NCBI GenBank assembly: GCA_030765235.1
Contig: JAVCCW010000001.1
Coordinates: forward strand, 35,172 to 99,171
Direction: 5' to 3'
Source of the DNA: Candidatus Gorgyraea atricola
Lineage (GTDB): Bacteria > Omnitrophota > Gorgyraeia > Gorgyraeales > Gorgyraeaceae
Length of the DNA: 64,000 bases
The stretch's first letter is position 1, and every line of letters begins with the position of its first letter. Of the stretch, positions 1 through 8,300 are shown piece after piece. The notes beneath the pieces were generated by a model. It saw nothing but the letters and a program-made list of their open reading frames with translations, did not search any database and was not told where the DNA came from. Made by a program: the position numbers and the translations under genes.

Positions 1-4
1 ATTT

Positions 5-796
5 TTATTTCCATATCAAATCTTTTGCATCAAACACAGGGCCATCCTTACACACTAACTCACACCCTTGTCCCTTGTCCCTTGTCCCTTGTCCCTTTAC
101 TTTAACGGCGCAACCCAAACACACCCCAACCCCGCACGCCATTGTCTCCTCCAATGAAACTTCACACATTAGTTCTTTCTTTCTGCATATAGCAGTAATA
201 CTTTTAAGCATTGGCTTAGGTCCGCAAGCATACACCCTTGTCTCTTGTCCCATGTCCCTTGTCCCTAATAACTCTGGCACAAATCCCTTGTGGCCGCAGC
301 TTCCATCATCAGTAGCGATATGGACCTCTGCGCTCAGATCTTTAAAATCCTTTTCGCACAATATTAAATTTTTAGTCCTAGCGCCAATTAATACAGTAGT
401 TTTTATTTTTTTCTTTGCCAATTCTTCAGCGAGAAAAACAAGCGGTGCCACTCCTATGCCCCCGCAGACTAAAATAGCTGATAGCTGAGAGCTGACAGCT
501 GAAGGCAATCCAAAACCATTGCCCAAAGGTCCTAAAACATCAATATGTTCTCCTGGTTTTCTCTCAGATAAAACCTCTGTGCCCTTACCTATTACTTCAT
601 ATAAAATCTCTAGATCTTTAGCCCGGTGAATGCTAAAAGGTCTTCTGAGTAATGGATCCAGCCCATCACTGCACCGTATCTGCACAAATTGGCCTGGCTT
701 TGCAGTCTTTGCAATATAAGGCGCATCAAGCGTCATCTTGTAATAGCTGTCACTTATCTTCTTATTCGATAAAATTTTAGCCTTTATGTCTTTCAT
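5..796 (-). CDS. pyrK: dihydroorotate dehydrogenase electron-transfer subunit (PyrK). It carries an 11-aa GQGTRDKGQG insertion between the 3rd and 4th cluster cysteines
   Basis: ORF-track translation shows an FAD/NAD-binding fold plus a C-terminal 2Fe-2S Cys motif MACGVGVCLGC...C typical of PyrK. It ends a pyr operon (pyrR-pyrB-pyrC upstream). The stop is at 5-7. Confidence 0.85.
   Translation of the reverse strand: MKDIKAKILSNKKISDSYYKMTLDAPYIAKTAKPGQFVQIRCSDGLDPLLRRPFSIHRAKDLEILYEVIGKGTEVLSERKPGEHIDVLGPLGNGFGLPSAVSSQLSAILVCGGIGVAPLVFLAEELAKKKIKTTVLIGARTKNLILCEKDFKDLSAEVHIATDDGSCGHKGFVPELLGTRDMGQETRVYACGPKPMLKSITAICRKKELMCEVSLEETMACGVGVCLGCAVKVKGQGTRDKGQGCELVCKDGPVFDAKDLIWK
65..97. repeat. 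heptanucleotide tandem repeat (CCTTGTC)x4 (coding-sense GACAAGG) inside pyrK
   Basis: Direct reading gives cccttgtcccttgtcccttgtcccttgtccc. It encodes the GQGTRDKGQG insertion. Confidence 0.9.
235..266. repeat. degenerate second copy of the heptamer repeat inside pyrK
   Basis: cccttgtctcttgtcccatgtcccttgtccc, encoding GTRDMGQETR. Confidence 0.7.
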
Positions 797-797
797 G

Positions 798-2045
798 TCA
801 AAATAAATCCATTTGTTTCTCGGAATTATCCTCTTTCTTCAATATTTCTATCTTACCATATTCTCCGTCAAAACCTGGTAAGATATTTACGTTGCCGTTT
901 CTTACATTTATGATAGCCTTTGCTATTTTTTTCGGGAGCTTAGTTAAGAGTTCATCTTTTCTTACTTCTGTAAGTACTTCAAATTCCGTACCCACTCTCG
1001 GGACTATTGCGCTATATTCTTTTTCAACAGCCTTTGAGCCATCACCCACGCCCAGCACATCTGAAATGATCTCAGAAAGTGGTATCATCCTCTTATATGG
1101 AACGCTTCCTTTAGGCACAAACCCTTCTGGCCTGTCTGCAAGCGTGTCTACTCTATTCATCACGCCTACTGTCAGTGACTTCCCGCACACAGGACAAGTA
1201 TTCTTGTTCTTTTTCGTTTCAGAAGGGCTAAATCTTACTTTGCAATTCCTATGGCCATCGTAATGATACTTGCCCTCTTCAGGAAAAAACTCCACTGTGT
1301 GCAAAAACTTCTTATTATCCTTTACCTTTAATGCGTCTGTTACAGATTTGTAGGACATCTCTACATCAAAGACATTTGCCTCTCTTCCGATCTTCCGAGG
1401 ACTGTGTGAATCAGAATTTGAAATAAGATTAAATCTATCGAGCTTACTCCATCTCCAGTTCATCCCAGGATCCGACGATAAACCAGTCTCGAGCGCATAG
1501 ATATCCTTGGTGTATTCCTCAAAACATTCCTCTATTGAATCAAATCCAGACTTTGAGCCGAATAAACTAAACCATGGCGTCCATATATGGCCAGGCACAA
1601 GAAACACGTCTTTACTGACTCCGAAAACAACCTCTGCCAGTTCTTTTGCGTCTATGCCTATAATAGGCCTGCCATCACTGGACAGATTCCCATAGCCAGA
1701 GAGTACATCATTTATTTTATCAACTACTTTAAAACTCGGCGCAAAAATAAGATTATGGATCTTACGAACCTTGTCATTTTTAGAATATATGCTCGATATC
1801 TCTGCGGTGAGTATAAAATTTACGCCATTATACTCAAAAAACCCATTGCCTGAATCCTTCAGGTGCTTTTTTAATTCCTCAAGCCAGAGATGGTGCGTAA
1901 AATCTCCCGTGCCCAGAAGAGATATGCCTTTGTACTTTGCCGTCTCAGAAAGTGTCTTTACCTCCATTTGCGGGCTTGTTGCGCGGCTATATTTAGAATG
2001 TATGTGAAAATCAGCTACGAATTTCATACTACCTTTCCCTTGCAA
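798..2045 (-). CDS. PHP-domain phosphoesterase with a Zn-ribbon (endonuclease Q / COG1379 family)
   Basis: Motifs recalled from archaeal EndoQ are present: DFHIHSKYS, LLGTGDFTH, SNSDSHSP, GKYHYDGHRNC, CPVCGK Zn ribbon and C-terminal PGFDGEYGKIEI. The real start may be the internal M at about 2027. Confidence 0.6.
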   Translation of the reverse strand: MQGKGSMKFVADFHIHSKYSRATSPQMEVKTLSETAKYKGISLLGTGDFTHHLWLEELKKHLKDSGNGFFEYNGVNFILTAEISSIYSKNDKVRKIHNLIFAPSFKVVDKINDVLSGYGNLSSDGRPIIGIDAKELAEVVFGVSKDVFLVPGHIWTPWFSLFGSKSGFDSIEECFEEYTKDIYALETGLSSDPGMNWRWSKLDRFNLISNSDSHSPRKIGREANVFDVEMSYKSVTDALKVKDNKKFLHTVEFFPEEGKYHYDGHRNCKVRFSPSETKKNKNTCPVCGKSLTVGVMNRVDTLADRPEGFVPKGSVPYKRMIPLSEIISDVLGVGDGSKAVEKEYSAIVPRVGTEFEVLTEVRKDELLTKLPKKIAKAIINVRNGNVNILPGFDGEYGKIEILKKEDNSEKQMDLF

Positions 2046-3289
2046 ATCGTGTATTCAACTATGCCTTTTAATTTTCTTCCTAAAAATGCGGAATTCTTTG
2101 ACCTAGACAGAAAATGCTTTTTCTTGACCACCCATTCCTTTTCCGGAGAAACTATAATCACATCTGCTATAGCGCCAACACTCAATGTACCTTTGTCTAT
2201 ACGCAGAATCTTTGAAGGATTACTAGACATCTTCCTAACTAAATCGCTCCAGCTAAGTATCCCCGGAGAAATCAGCTCTTTTATCGCCACTGCAAGCTCT
2301 GTCTCTAAACCTATGCTCCCTAACGCTGCATATTCGAACTCAATATCTTTTTCATTCTCTGTATGAGGCGCGTGATCAGAAGCAATCGCATCTATAGCGC
2401 CATCCTTCAGTCCTTGTTTTATCGCGCTAACATCTTCTTTGGCCCTTAAAGGAGGATTGATCTTCATATTCGTATTGTAATCTATCAGATCATCTTCGCT
2501 CAGACTAAAATAATGAGGCGCAGTCTCTGCGCTCACCTTTATACCTTTTTTCTTTGCCTTTCTTATGATCTCTACTGACTCTTTGCAGCTTACATGCGCA
2601 ATGTGGACTGCTGCACCTGATTTTTCTGCCAGTTTAATATCCCGCTCTACCCTTTTATGCTCTGATTCGCCAGAGATTCCTCTCATGCCAAGCCTTGTAG
2701 CAATAAAACCGCGATTGATCATGCCTCTACCAGAAAGAGACTTATCCTCAGAGTGGCATACCACAAGCATTTTTTCTTTTTTCGAATCCTTAAGCGCCTT
2801 TAACATCAATTCACCATCGTCGACAGATAAACCATCATCTGAAATAGCAACTGCACCTGCTTTTTTTAAAGCGGCAATATCGCATAGCTTCTTGCCATTT
2901 CGACCCATTGTAATAGCGCCAGCAATAAGTACATTAACATTTGCGGTTTTATTTATTATATTCTTTAAGAGTTCTACATTCTCTGTACTATCTATTGCAG
3001 GCGTGGTATTAGGCATTGCAAGAACAGTTGTCACGCCTCCTTTAGCCGCGGCCTTTGTGCCGCTGGCAACAGTCTCTTTGTCCTCTCGGCCAGGTTCTCT
3101 TAAATGAACATGCATGTCTACGATTCCTGGCATAACTATCTTGCCCTTTGCGTCAATCGTTTTTTCTGCGTCTACCTTTATAGTATCTGCCACCCTGGAT
3201 ATCTTATCCCCGATTATAAGGACATCCATTACCTTTTCTATTTTATTAACTGGGTCTATCACTAGACCGCCCTTAATTAGTATTTTCAT
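2024..3289 (-). CDS. pyrC: dihydroorotase
   Basis: The metal-binding DMHVHLREPG motif and amidohydrolase fold are present. It sits between pyrB and pyrK. Confidence 0.85.
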   Translation of the reverse strand: MKILIKGGLVIDPVNKIEKVMDVLIIGDKISRVADTIKVDAEKTIDAKGKIVMPGIVDMHVHLREPGREDKETVASGTKAAAKGGVTTVLAMPNTTPAIDSTENVELLKNIINKTANVNVLIAGAITMGRNGKKLCDIAALKKAGAVAISDDGLSVDDGELMLKALKDSKKEKMLVVCHSEDKSLSGRGMINRGFIATRLGMRGISGESEHKRVERDIKLAEKSGAAVHIAHVSCKESVEIIRKAKKKGIKVSAETAPHYFSLSEDDLIDYNTNMKINPPLRAKEDVSAIKQGLKDGAIDAIASDHAPHTENEKDIEFEYAALGSIGLETELAVAIKELISPGILSWSDLVRKMSSNPSKILRIDKGTLSVGAIADVIIVSPEKEWVVKKKHFLSRSKNSAFLGRKLKGIVEYTICKGKVV

Positions 3290-4244
3290 TGCTTTTCTTC
3301 TCTCTTGCCTGTGAAAGCCAATATAGTACAGCCATTCTCACTGCTATACCATTAGTGACCTGCTCCAGAATTACAGAATTAAGACCATCTGCTACGTCGC
3401 TTGATATCTCGATACCTCTATTTATCGGGCCAGGGTGCATTACAATAATGTCCTTCTTGGCCTTTTTCAATCTCTCTTCTGTTATGCCAAATTTTTTAAA
3501 ATATTCTATTTGCTTTGGAAATACGCCCTCTTCATCGCGCTCAAACTGCATCCTCAATACATTTACAGCGTCGGCATTCGAAAGCGCCTCGTCTATATTA
3601 TCAGTGATGCCAACACCCATCTTTTCTATGCCAGGTGGTATCAATATCTTAGGCGCGCACACTGTGACCTTTGCGCCCAGCTTAGTAAGACCCCATATGT
3701 TTGAACGCGCTACGCGCGAATGCGCGATGTCCCCGACTATGCTGACTTTTAAACCTTCTATGCGGCCTGATTTCTTTTTCAGGGTAAATATATCCAAAAG
3801 ACCCTGTGTAGGATGTTCATGCCAGCCATCTCCTGCATTAACAACGCTTATATTCACATGTTTCGCGAGCATGGCTGCCGCGCCTGAGCAATTATGCCTC
3901 ACCACAATAATATCTGCCTTTAATGCCTCTATATTTTTGCCAGTATCGTTTAGTGTCTCGCCTTTTTTCACGCTCGATGTCTCAGTGGCAATATTTATTA
4001 CATCAGCTGAGAGCCTTTTGGCAGCGATCTCAAAGGATACCCTTGTCCTTGTAGAAGGTTCGTAGAATAGATTGACTACAGTCTTGCCTCGAAGCGCAGG
4101 GACCTTCTTAATAGGCCTATCCAGTATCTCTCTAAAAGAATCCGCAGTATCTAAAAGCAATTCTACATCTTCTTTTGAAAGATATTCCAGGCCCAGAAGA
4201 TCTTTGTGAGCCCAGTTTGGTTTTTTCTTAGTCTGCCTGGTCAT
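3273..4244 (-). CDS. pyrB: aspartate carbamoyltransferase catalytic subunit
   Basis: STRTR carbamoyl-phosphate binding motif (FYEPSTRTRVSFE) and the HPTQ motif. Confidence 0.9.
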   Translation of the reverse strand: MTRQTKKKPNWAHKDLLGLEYLSKEDVELLLDTADSFREILDRPIKKVPALRGKTVVNLFYEPSTRTRVSFEIAAKRLSADVINIATETSSVKKGETLNDTGKNIEALKADIIVVRHNCSGAAAMLAKHVNISVVNAGDGWHEHPTQGLLDIFTLKKKSGRIEGLKVSIVGDIAHSRVARSNIWGLTKLGAKVTVCAPKILIPPGIEKMGVGITDNIDEALSNADAVNVLRMQFERDEEGVFPKQIEYFKKFGITEERLKKAKKDIIVMHPGPINRGIEISSDVADGLNSVILEQVTNGIAVRMAVLYWLSQAREKKSNENTN

Positions 4245-4257
4245 TTTTAATGAGCAC

Positions 4258-4292
4258 TTGACTTACGGAGTCCGTAGGACGACGTAAGTCAA
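4258..4292 (-). other. 10-bp stem hairpin between the GIY-YIG stop and the pyrB start
   Basis: ttgacttacg-N15-cgtaagtcaa. The pyrB ATG lies 13 nt downstream of it on the minus transcript. Confidence 0.4.
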
Positions 4293-4300
4293 TGTGCGAA

Positions 4301-4555
4301 TTAAACCCCACACCCAGCAATGTATTGCTTTAAAGATTCTTTCAGTCTACTCTTTAGAGCAGTCAATGCTTGAGCATGAAGTTTTAATTGTTTTTCTCTA
4401 TTCCGAGCATCGGTTTCTGATTTATAAGCTTCATAATATATAACTTCAGAAGGATATTTACTGCTGTGTTCTCTATATCGTCTCTCCAAATCATTCGTAT
4501 AGCCATAATAAAGTTCTTTTGTCCTCTTACTTTTCAAGACATATACAAAATACAT
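4301..4555 (-). CDS. small stand-alone GIY-YIG nuclease family protein (URI domain, COG2827-like)
   Basis: MYFVYVLKSKR...LYYGYTNDLERRYREH is the canonical GIY-YIG N-terminus. The start was moved to the internal M; the track ORF runs 4301..4600. Confidence 0.7.
   Translation of the reverse strand: MYFVYVLKSKRTKELYYGYTNDLERRYREHSSKYPSEVIYYEAYKSETDARNREKQLKLHAQALTALKSRLKESLKQYIAGCGV
4306..4326. repeat. 21-bp perfect inverted repeat, left arm, flanking the GIY-YIG ORF
   Basis: ccccacacccagcaatgtatt is the reverse complement of 4549-4569. Confidence 0.9.
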
Positions 4556-4569
4556 TGCTGGGTGTGGGG
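4549..4569. repeat. 21-bp perfect inverted repeat, right arm. It contains the GIY-YIG ATG.
   Basis: aatacattgctgggtgtgggg. Confidence 0.9.
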
Positions 4570-4582
4570 TCAATTCGGACAG

Positions 4583-4617
4583 ACAGCTTACGAAAATCAA
4601 TGATTTTCGTAAGCTGT
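4583..4617 (-). other. 15-bp perfect-stem hairpin centred on the pyrR stop codon
   Basis: acagcttacgaaaat-caatg-attttcgtaagctgt. No U-tract follows on either strand. Confidence 0.4.
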
Positions 4618-5166
4618 GTCCTCATTGACTTCTATAAAAACACTGTCTTCTTTATCTATCTCTTCCAAGTTTAACTGTACCAGTTCATTTTGCGATGTCG
4701 GCAGATTCTTGCCCACATAATCAGCCCTTATGGGAAGCTCCCTATGGCCCCTATCTACAAGAATCGCCAGCTGAATAGTCTTTGGCCTCCCAAAATCTAC
4801 AAGCGCGTCCAGGGCGCACCTGATGGTCCTGCCCGTATATAAAACATCATCGACTAGGATCACGGCCTTACCTTCTATATCAAAATCTATCTCTGTTTTG
4901 TGCATTATCGGCTGCTCAGATACCAGACTTAGATCATCCCTGTAAAGCGTTATATCGAGCGCTCCTACAGGTAAGGTAACGCCATCTATGCGATTGATCG
5001 CCTGAGCGATCCTCTCCGCAAGCGCGTACCCTCTTGTCCTAACACCAATGATCACAAGATCTTCTGAGCCTTTATTCCTCTCCAATATCTCATGGCTCAT
5101 CCTTGTAACCGCACGATCTATCTCTTCTTTTGTCAGAACATTTTTCCTTGCCAACCTAGCCTCCAA
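4597..5166 (-). CDS. pyrR: bifunctional pyrimidine operon regulator / uracil phosphoribosyltransferase PyrR
   Basis: PRTase motif [13 protein letters not shown]. The N-terminus aligns with B. subtilis PyrR. The start is TTG at 5164-5166 or the TTG four codons in. Confidence 0.88.
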   Translation of the reverse strand: MEARLARKNVLTKEEIDRAVTRMSHEILERNKGSEDLVIIGVRTRGYALAERIAQAINRIDGVTLPVGALDITLYRDDLSLVSEQPIMHKTEIDFDIEGKAVILVDDVLYTGRTIRCALDALVDFGRPKTIQLAILVDRGHRELPIRADYVGKNLPTSQNELVQLNLEEIDKEDSVFIEVNEDTAYENH

Positions 5167-5310
5167 AAAAAATACCTTCCCGCTACCTGCCCCGTTCGAT
5201 AATTACAACATCTTCATTATCGAACGGGGATTATAGCAAGAAGGTCTATGATTTATGCCCTCTAAATTATTCATTTTCTCTTCCCTTTCCAGCCTCTCAG
5301 GGCTGATTTA
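5165..5310 (-). promoter_or_regulatory. PyrR-binding attenuator leader (anti-antiterminator loop plus intrinsic terminator) upstream of pyrR
   Basis: The minus-strand RNA contains CAGCCCUGAGAGGCUGGAAAGG, which resembles the PyrR-binding loop consensus UCCAGAGAGGCU..AAGG. About 60 nt downstream there is a 14-bp hairpin (5190-5229) followed by U8 and then the RBS GGAGG at the pyrR start. Confidence 0.55.
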
Positions 5311-5379
5311 AAGGTGTTTATTATTAAACATATTATACTATTTTTGTATGCTCCTGTCAATCATTTTATCCGTTAAACT

Positions 5380-8300
5380 CTAGAGATCGCCCATCCGAAC
5401 TTTTATGGTTTTCAAGTTATCAACAAAATCTAAAACTAAATGAGTTCTATTATACCCCAGCAACTCTATTAGATCTTTGCGTTCAATCTTGAAGTGTTCT
5501 GCTGCTCCTGGTCCACCATAAAATCCCCAACGAATTATATTCTCTCCTAATAACCCATGGAAGATAATCTCTTTTCCTGTGTCAAGATTTTTTATCCTGT
5601 ACTTGCCTCGCAAAGATAACGTCGGCCTCTCATTAAATGCTGAGGCAATCCTGTCAGACTGCTCATGCGATATCTCAAAATTAAAATGAGTATATCTGTC
5701 ATAAAACCGTACTGGCTTTGCCAACATCCCCCCAGGACCAACCACCCTATCAAGAAGCGCTATCCCATTTACTAACACTCTCCCTAATTTCAAATGACTT
5801 AAGTTCTGCTCGTCTATCACTTCTATATTAGCCTTGATTAATTCTTCTTTGAGATCATCATTTTCACCTAAAAAATTCCGGTCCCTATCTCTGCCTGACC
5901 TTAGCCGCTCCTGAATCTGTTCAACTGTATCTCCGCCCAACATCAGTACCGTACTTATTGCCGTAGTGGTATTTCTCCCCAAAACAGTGAACTTATTCGA
6001 ATCTTTATTAAGCGCCACCAAGGCCGTACTCTCCTCTGCAAGATGTATCTCTTCGGGAAATTCTATCCAACGCGGTCTGCCCTCTTCATCTATAACAAAA
6101 TCCATATTACCTGCATGCAGTTTACATAGCTGTTGCCCCTCATAACTATCATCCTTAATCAACCCCCTTACAATAGTTGAGTTAGTAATAGGGTCTGACA
6201 TAACACCTGCATGAGGTTTGGCTACGACCAATTCTACGTTATCGTTCTTTTGATTATAAATCAGAAGTACATTATCATCCAAAGTAAGATATACTCCTTC
6301 CACAGCTTTCTTTAACACTCTTTTAGCGACCAAGTCCTCTATTTGATGTGATACACTTCGTTCTATGGCATTACTATCCTGCTCGACTTCCTCTGAGACC
6401 CAACCTAACTGCCTGCCTACTGAAATTTCATTGCTACCATTTAAGAAAACGAGGCTCCTGTTCTCAGCATCATACCTTAAAGGAACGACTTTCTGCTCAT
6501 AATCAAATGACCATTTTGTCCAAGCAACCTCCTCTATTTTACCTGTGTTCTTTGTACAGACATCAGGCTTATCTTTGTCTTCATATAGATCCTGCCCCTG
6601 ATAAATTTTTATATCAGGCAGACCTATTTTTTTACGGTCTGTATAAAGTCCTCTTAAACTATCATCTTCGTTAAGAAGCAATACATATACGCCATTTTTG
6701 TAAACTTTAGCCGCTATTTCTTTAAAACCTATATCTTCAGTAAGCTGCACCTTATTAATAGCTACTGGCTTATGCTCTGATTCCCATTTCTTAACATCTG
6801 CCTCGTATTCTGTTTCGTTGGCAAAGAATATATGCCGAAGTGCCTTTTCGAAAGGATAATCGAATTTCCAGCCAATACTTTGTATCTTAGAAGAATCGCC
6901 TATCATTGTCCCTGGGAATCCTGGCGTTGGCATCCGATAGGCAATATTTTTCTCCAAATCTCCCATGCTCAACGCCCTCATAATACTCGCTATCATTTCA
7001 TTTATACCCCAGACCTTCTTCAAACCCACATTAAATACCGCTGCTGAATTCTCTGGCGTTCCTTCCCATTTAGCATGTTTCAAAATATGCAAAATACCTT
7101 TGGCTAAATCTGAAACGAATATCACATCTCTGCCAAAATCCCCTGGCATTATAAATATAGGCACTGATTGATTATTCTCAATCGCCCATATTGTCTGGGC
7201 TACCATATTGGCATTCCTGCCTTTTTGGAGCTCCTGACGGCCTGCATTATATACACTAAAATTCCTGGAGGCGTAAACATCAGCTTCGTATTCATGATGA
7301 TAGTGCTTAGCCACTAACTCCATACTTAGCTTCATAAATTCATATGGGGTTATCCACTTTTTTTCTTCAAGATGATTATCTTTTATCTCAACAAATTTAT
7401 CGAGTATATCCAATGTCGGCACTTCGCTAACTAGCTCGCCTATCGGGAACAACTTACAAAACGAACTTGTTGAGGCAAATACCGTACGAATATCATACAT
7501 CACAGCAAGATCCATCACAGTCTTAAATTCATATAAGCTTGTTAGCACCTCCTGCGTAACACAATGAGGAAAACGACCAGCATAAAGGGCTAACTCGGGA
7601 GAAAAATCATTATATAAAATCCTCAACAACTCTCCAAATTCTGCTTTAGTATTTATTCTGGCATACATTACCTCTTCTGGGGTAATTTTATCTATTTTTC
7701 TTGACCCGCTTAATTCGTCCACCATTTTATTCCATTTTATTGCTATCTCTTCTGGACTGCCTGTCCAATTCAACCACTGTGGAAATCCCCTTGTAACAAA
7801 CTGCGGTTCTGAAGAATACCCTCCTAAATATACTATACCGTTTATTTTCTTATAATCTTCTGGCCGATACTGCCGGCAAAAGCTGCTACTATCCTGCCTT
7901 AACAGTTTTACTCCTGGGATATTGTCATTTGCTGGACTGCCTAAAAGCAGGTTATCTACAGTTACCACTTCTTCATCTTGATTGACCAGCTGAAGAGCTG
8001 CCTCATACCCTATCATGCCTGCTGCTCCTATAACAACCTTTGTTCCGGGCTTAATAGGTTCATTATCGTTCTTGAAAAGCACATGAACGCCGTTACCTAC
8101 AGGATTATTTACATCGCTTGGAAAACTTGCATATTTCTTTGGTCTATTATGACCAATCGCCTTCATTTTTTTTGCTGGAGTTAATAACGCTAACGTCTTC
8201 CCTTTCACCGTTACTCTATTTATAGACTCCTTTACTCTTAAACCTATTGCCGAAGCCTTCCTGACTAAAGGATCGCTGTCATTGCTCAAAGTATTGTTTA

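Noticed and set aside
2565-4065. Plus-strand ORFs (2565..3107, 3289..4065 and others) overlapping pyrC and pyrB
   Set aside because: They lie antisense to strongly supported minus-strand genes, and their low-complexity translations lack recognisable motifs, so I treat them as shadow ORFs. The same applies to 13625..14125, 22337..22705, 54044..54820, 59734..60222 and the rest of the plus-strand track entries other than 29801..32026.
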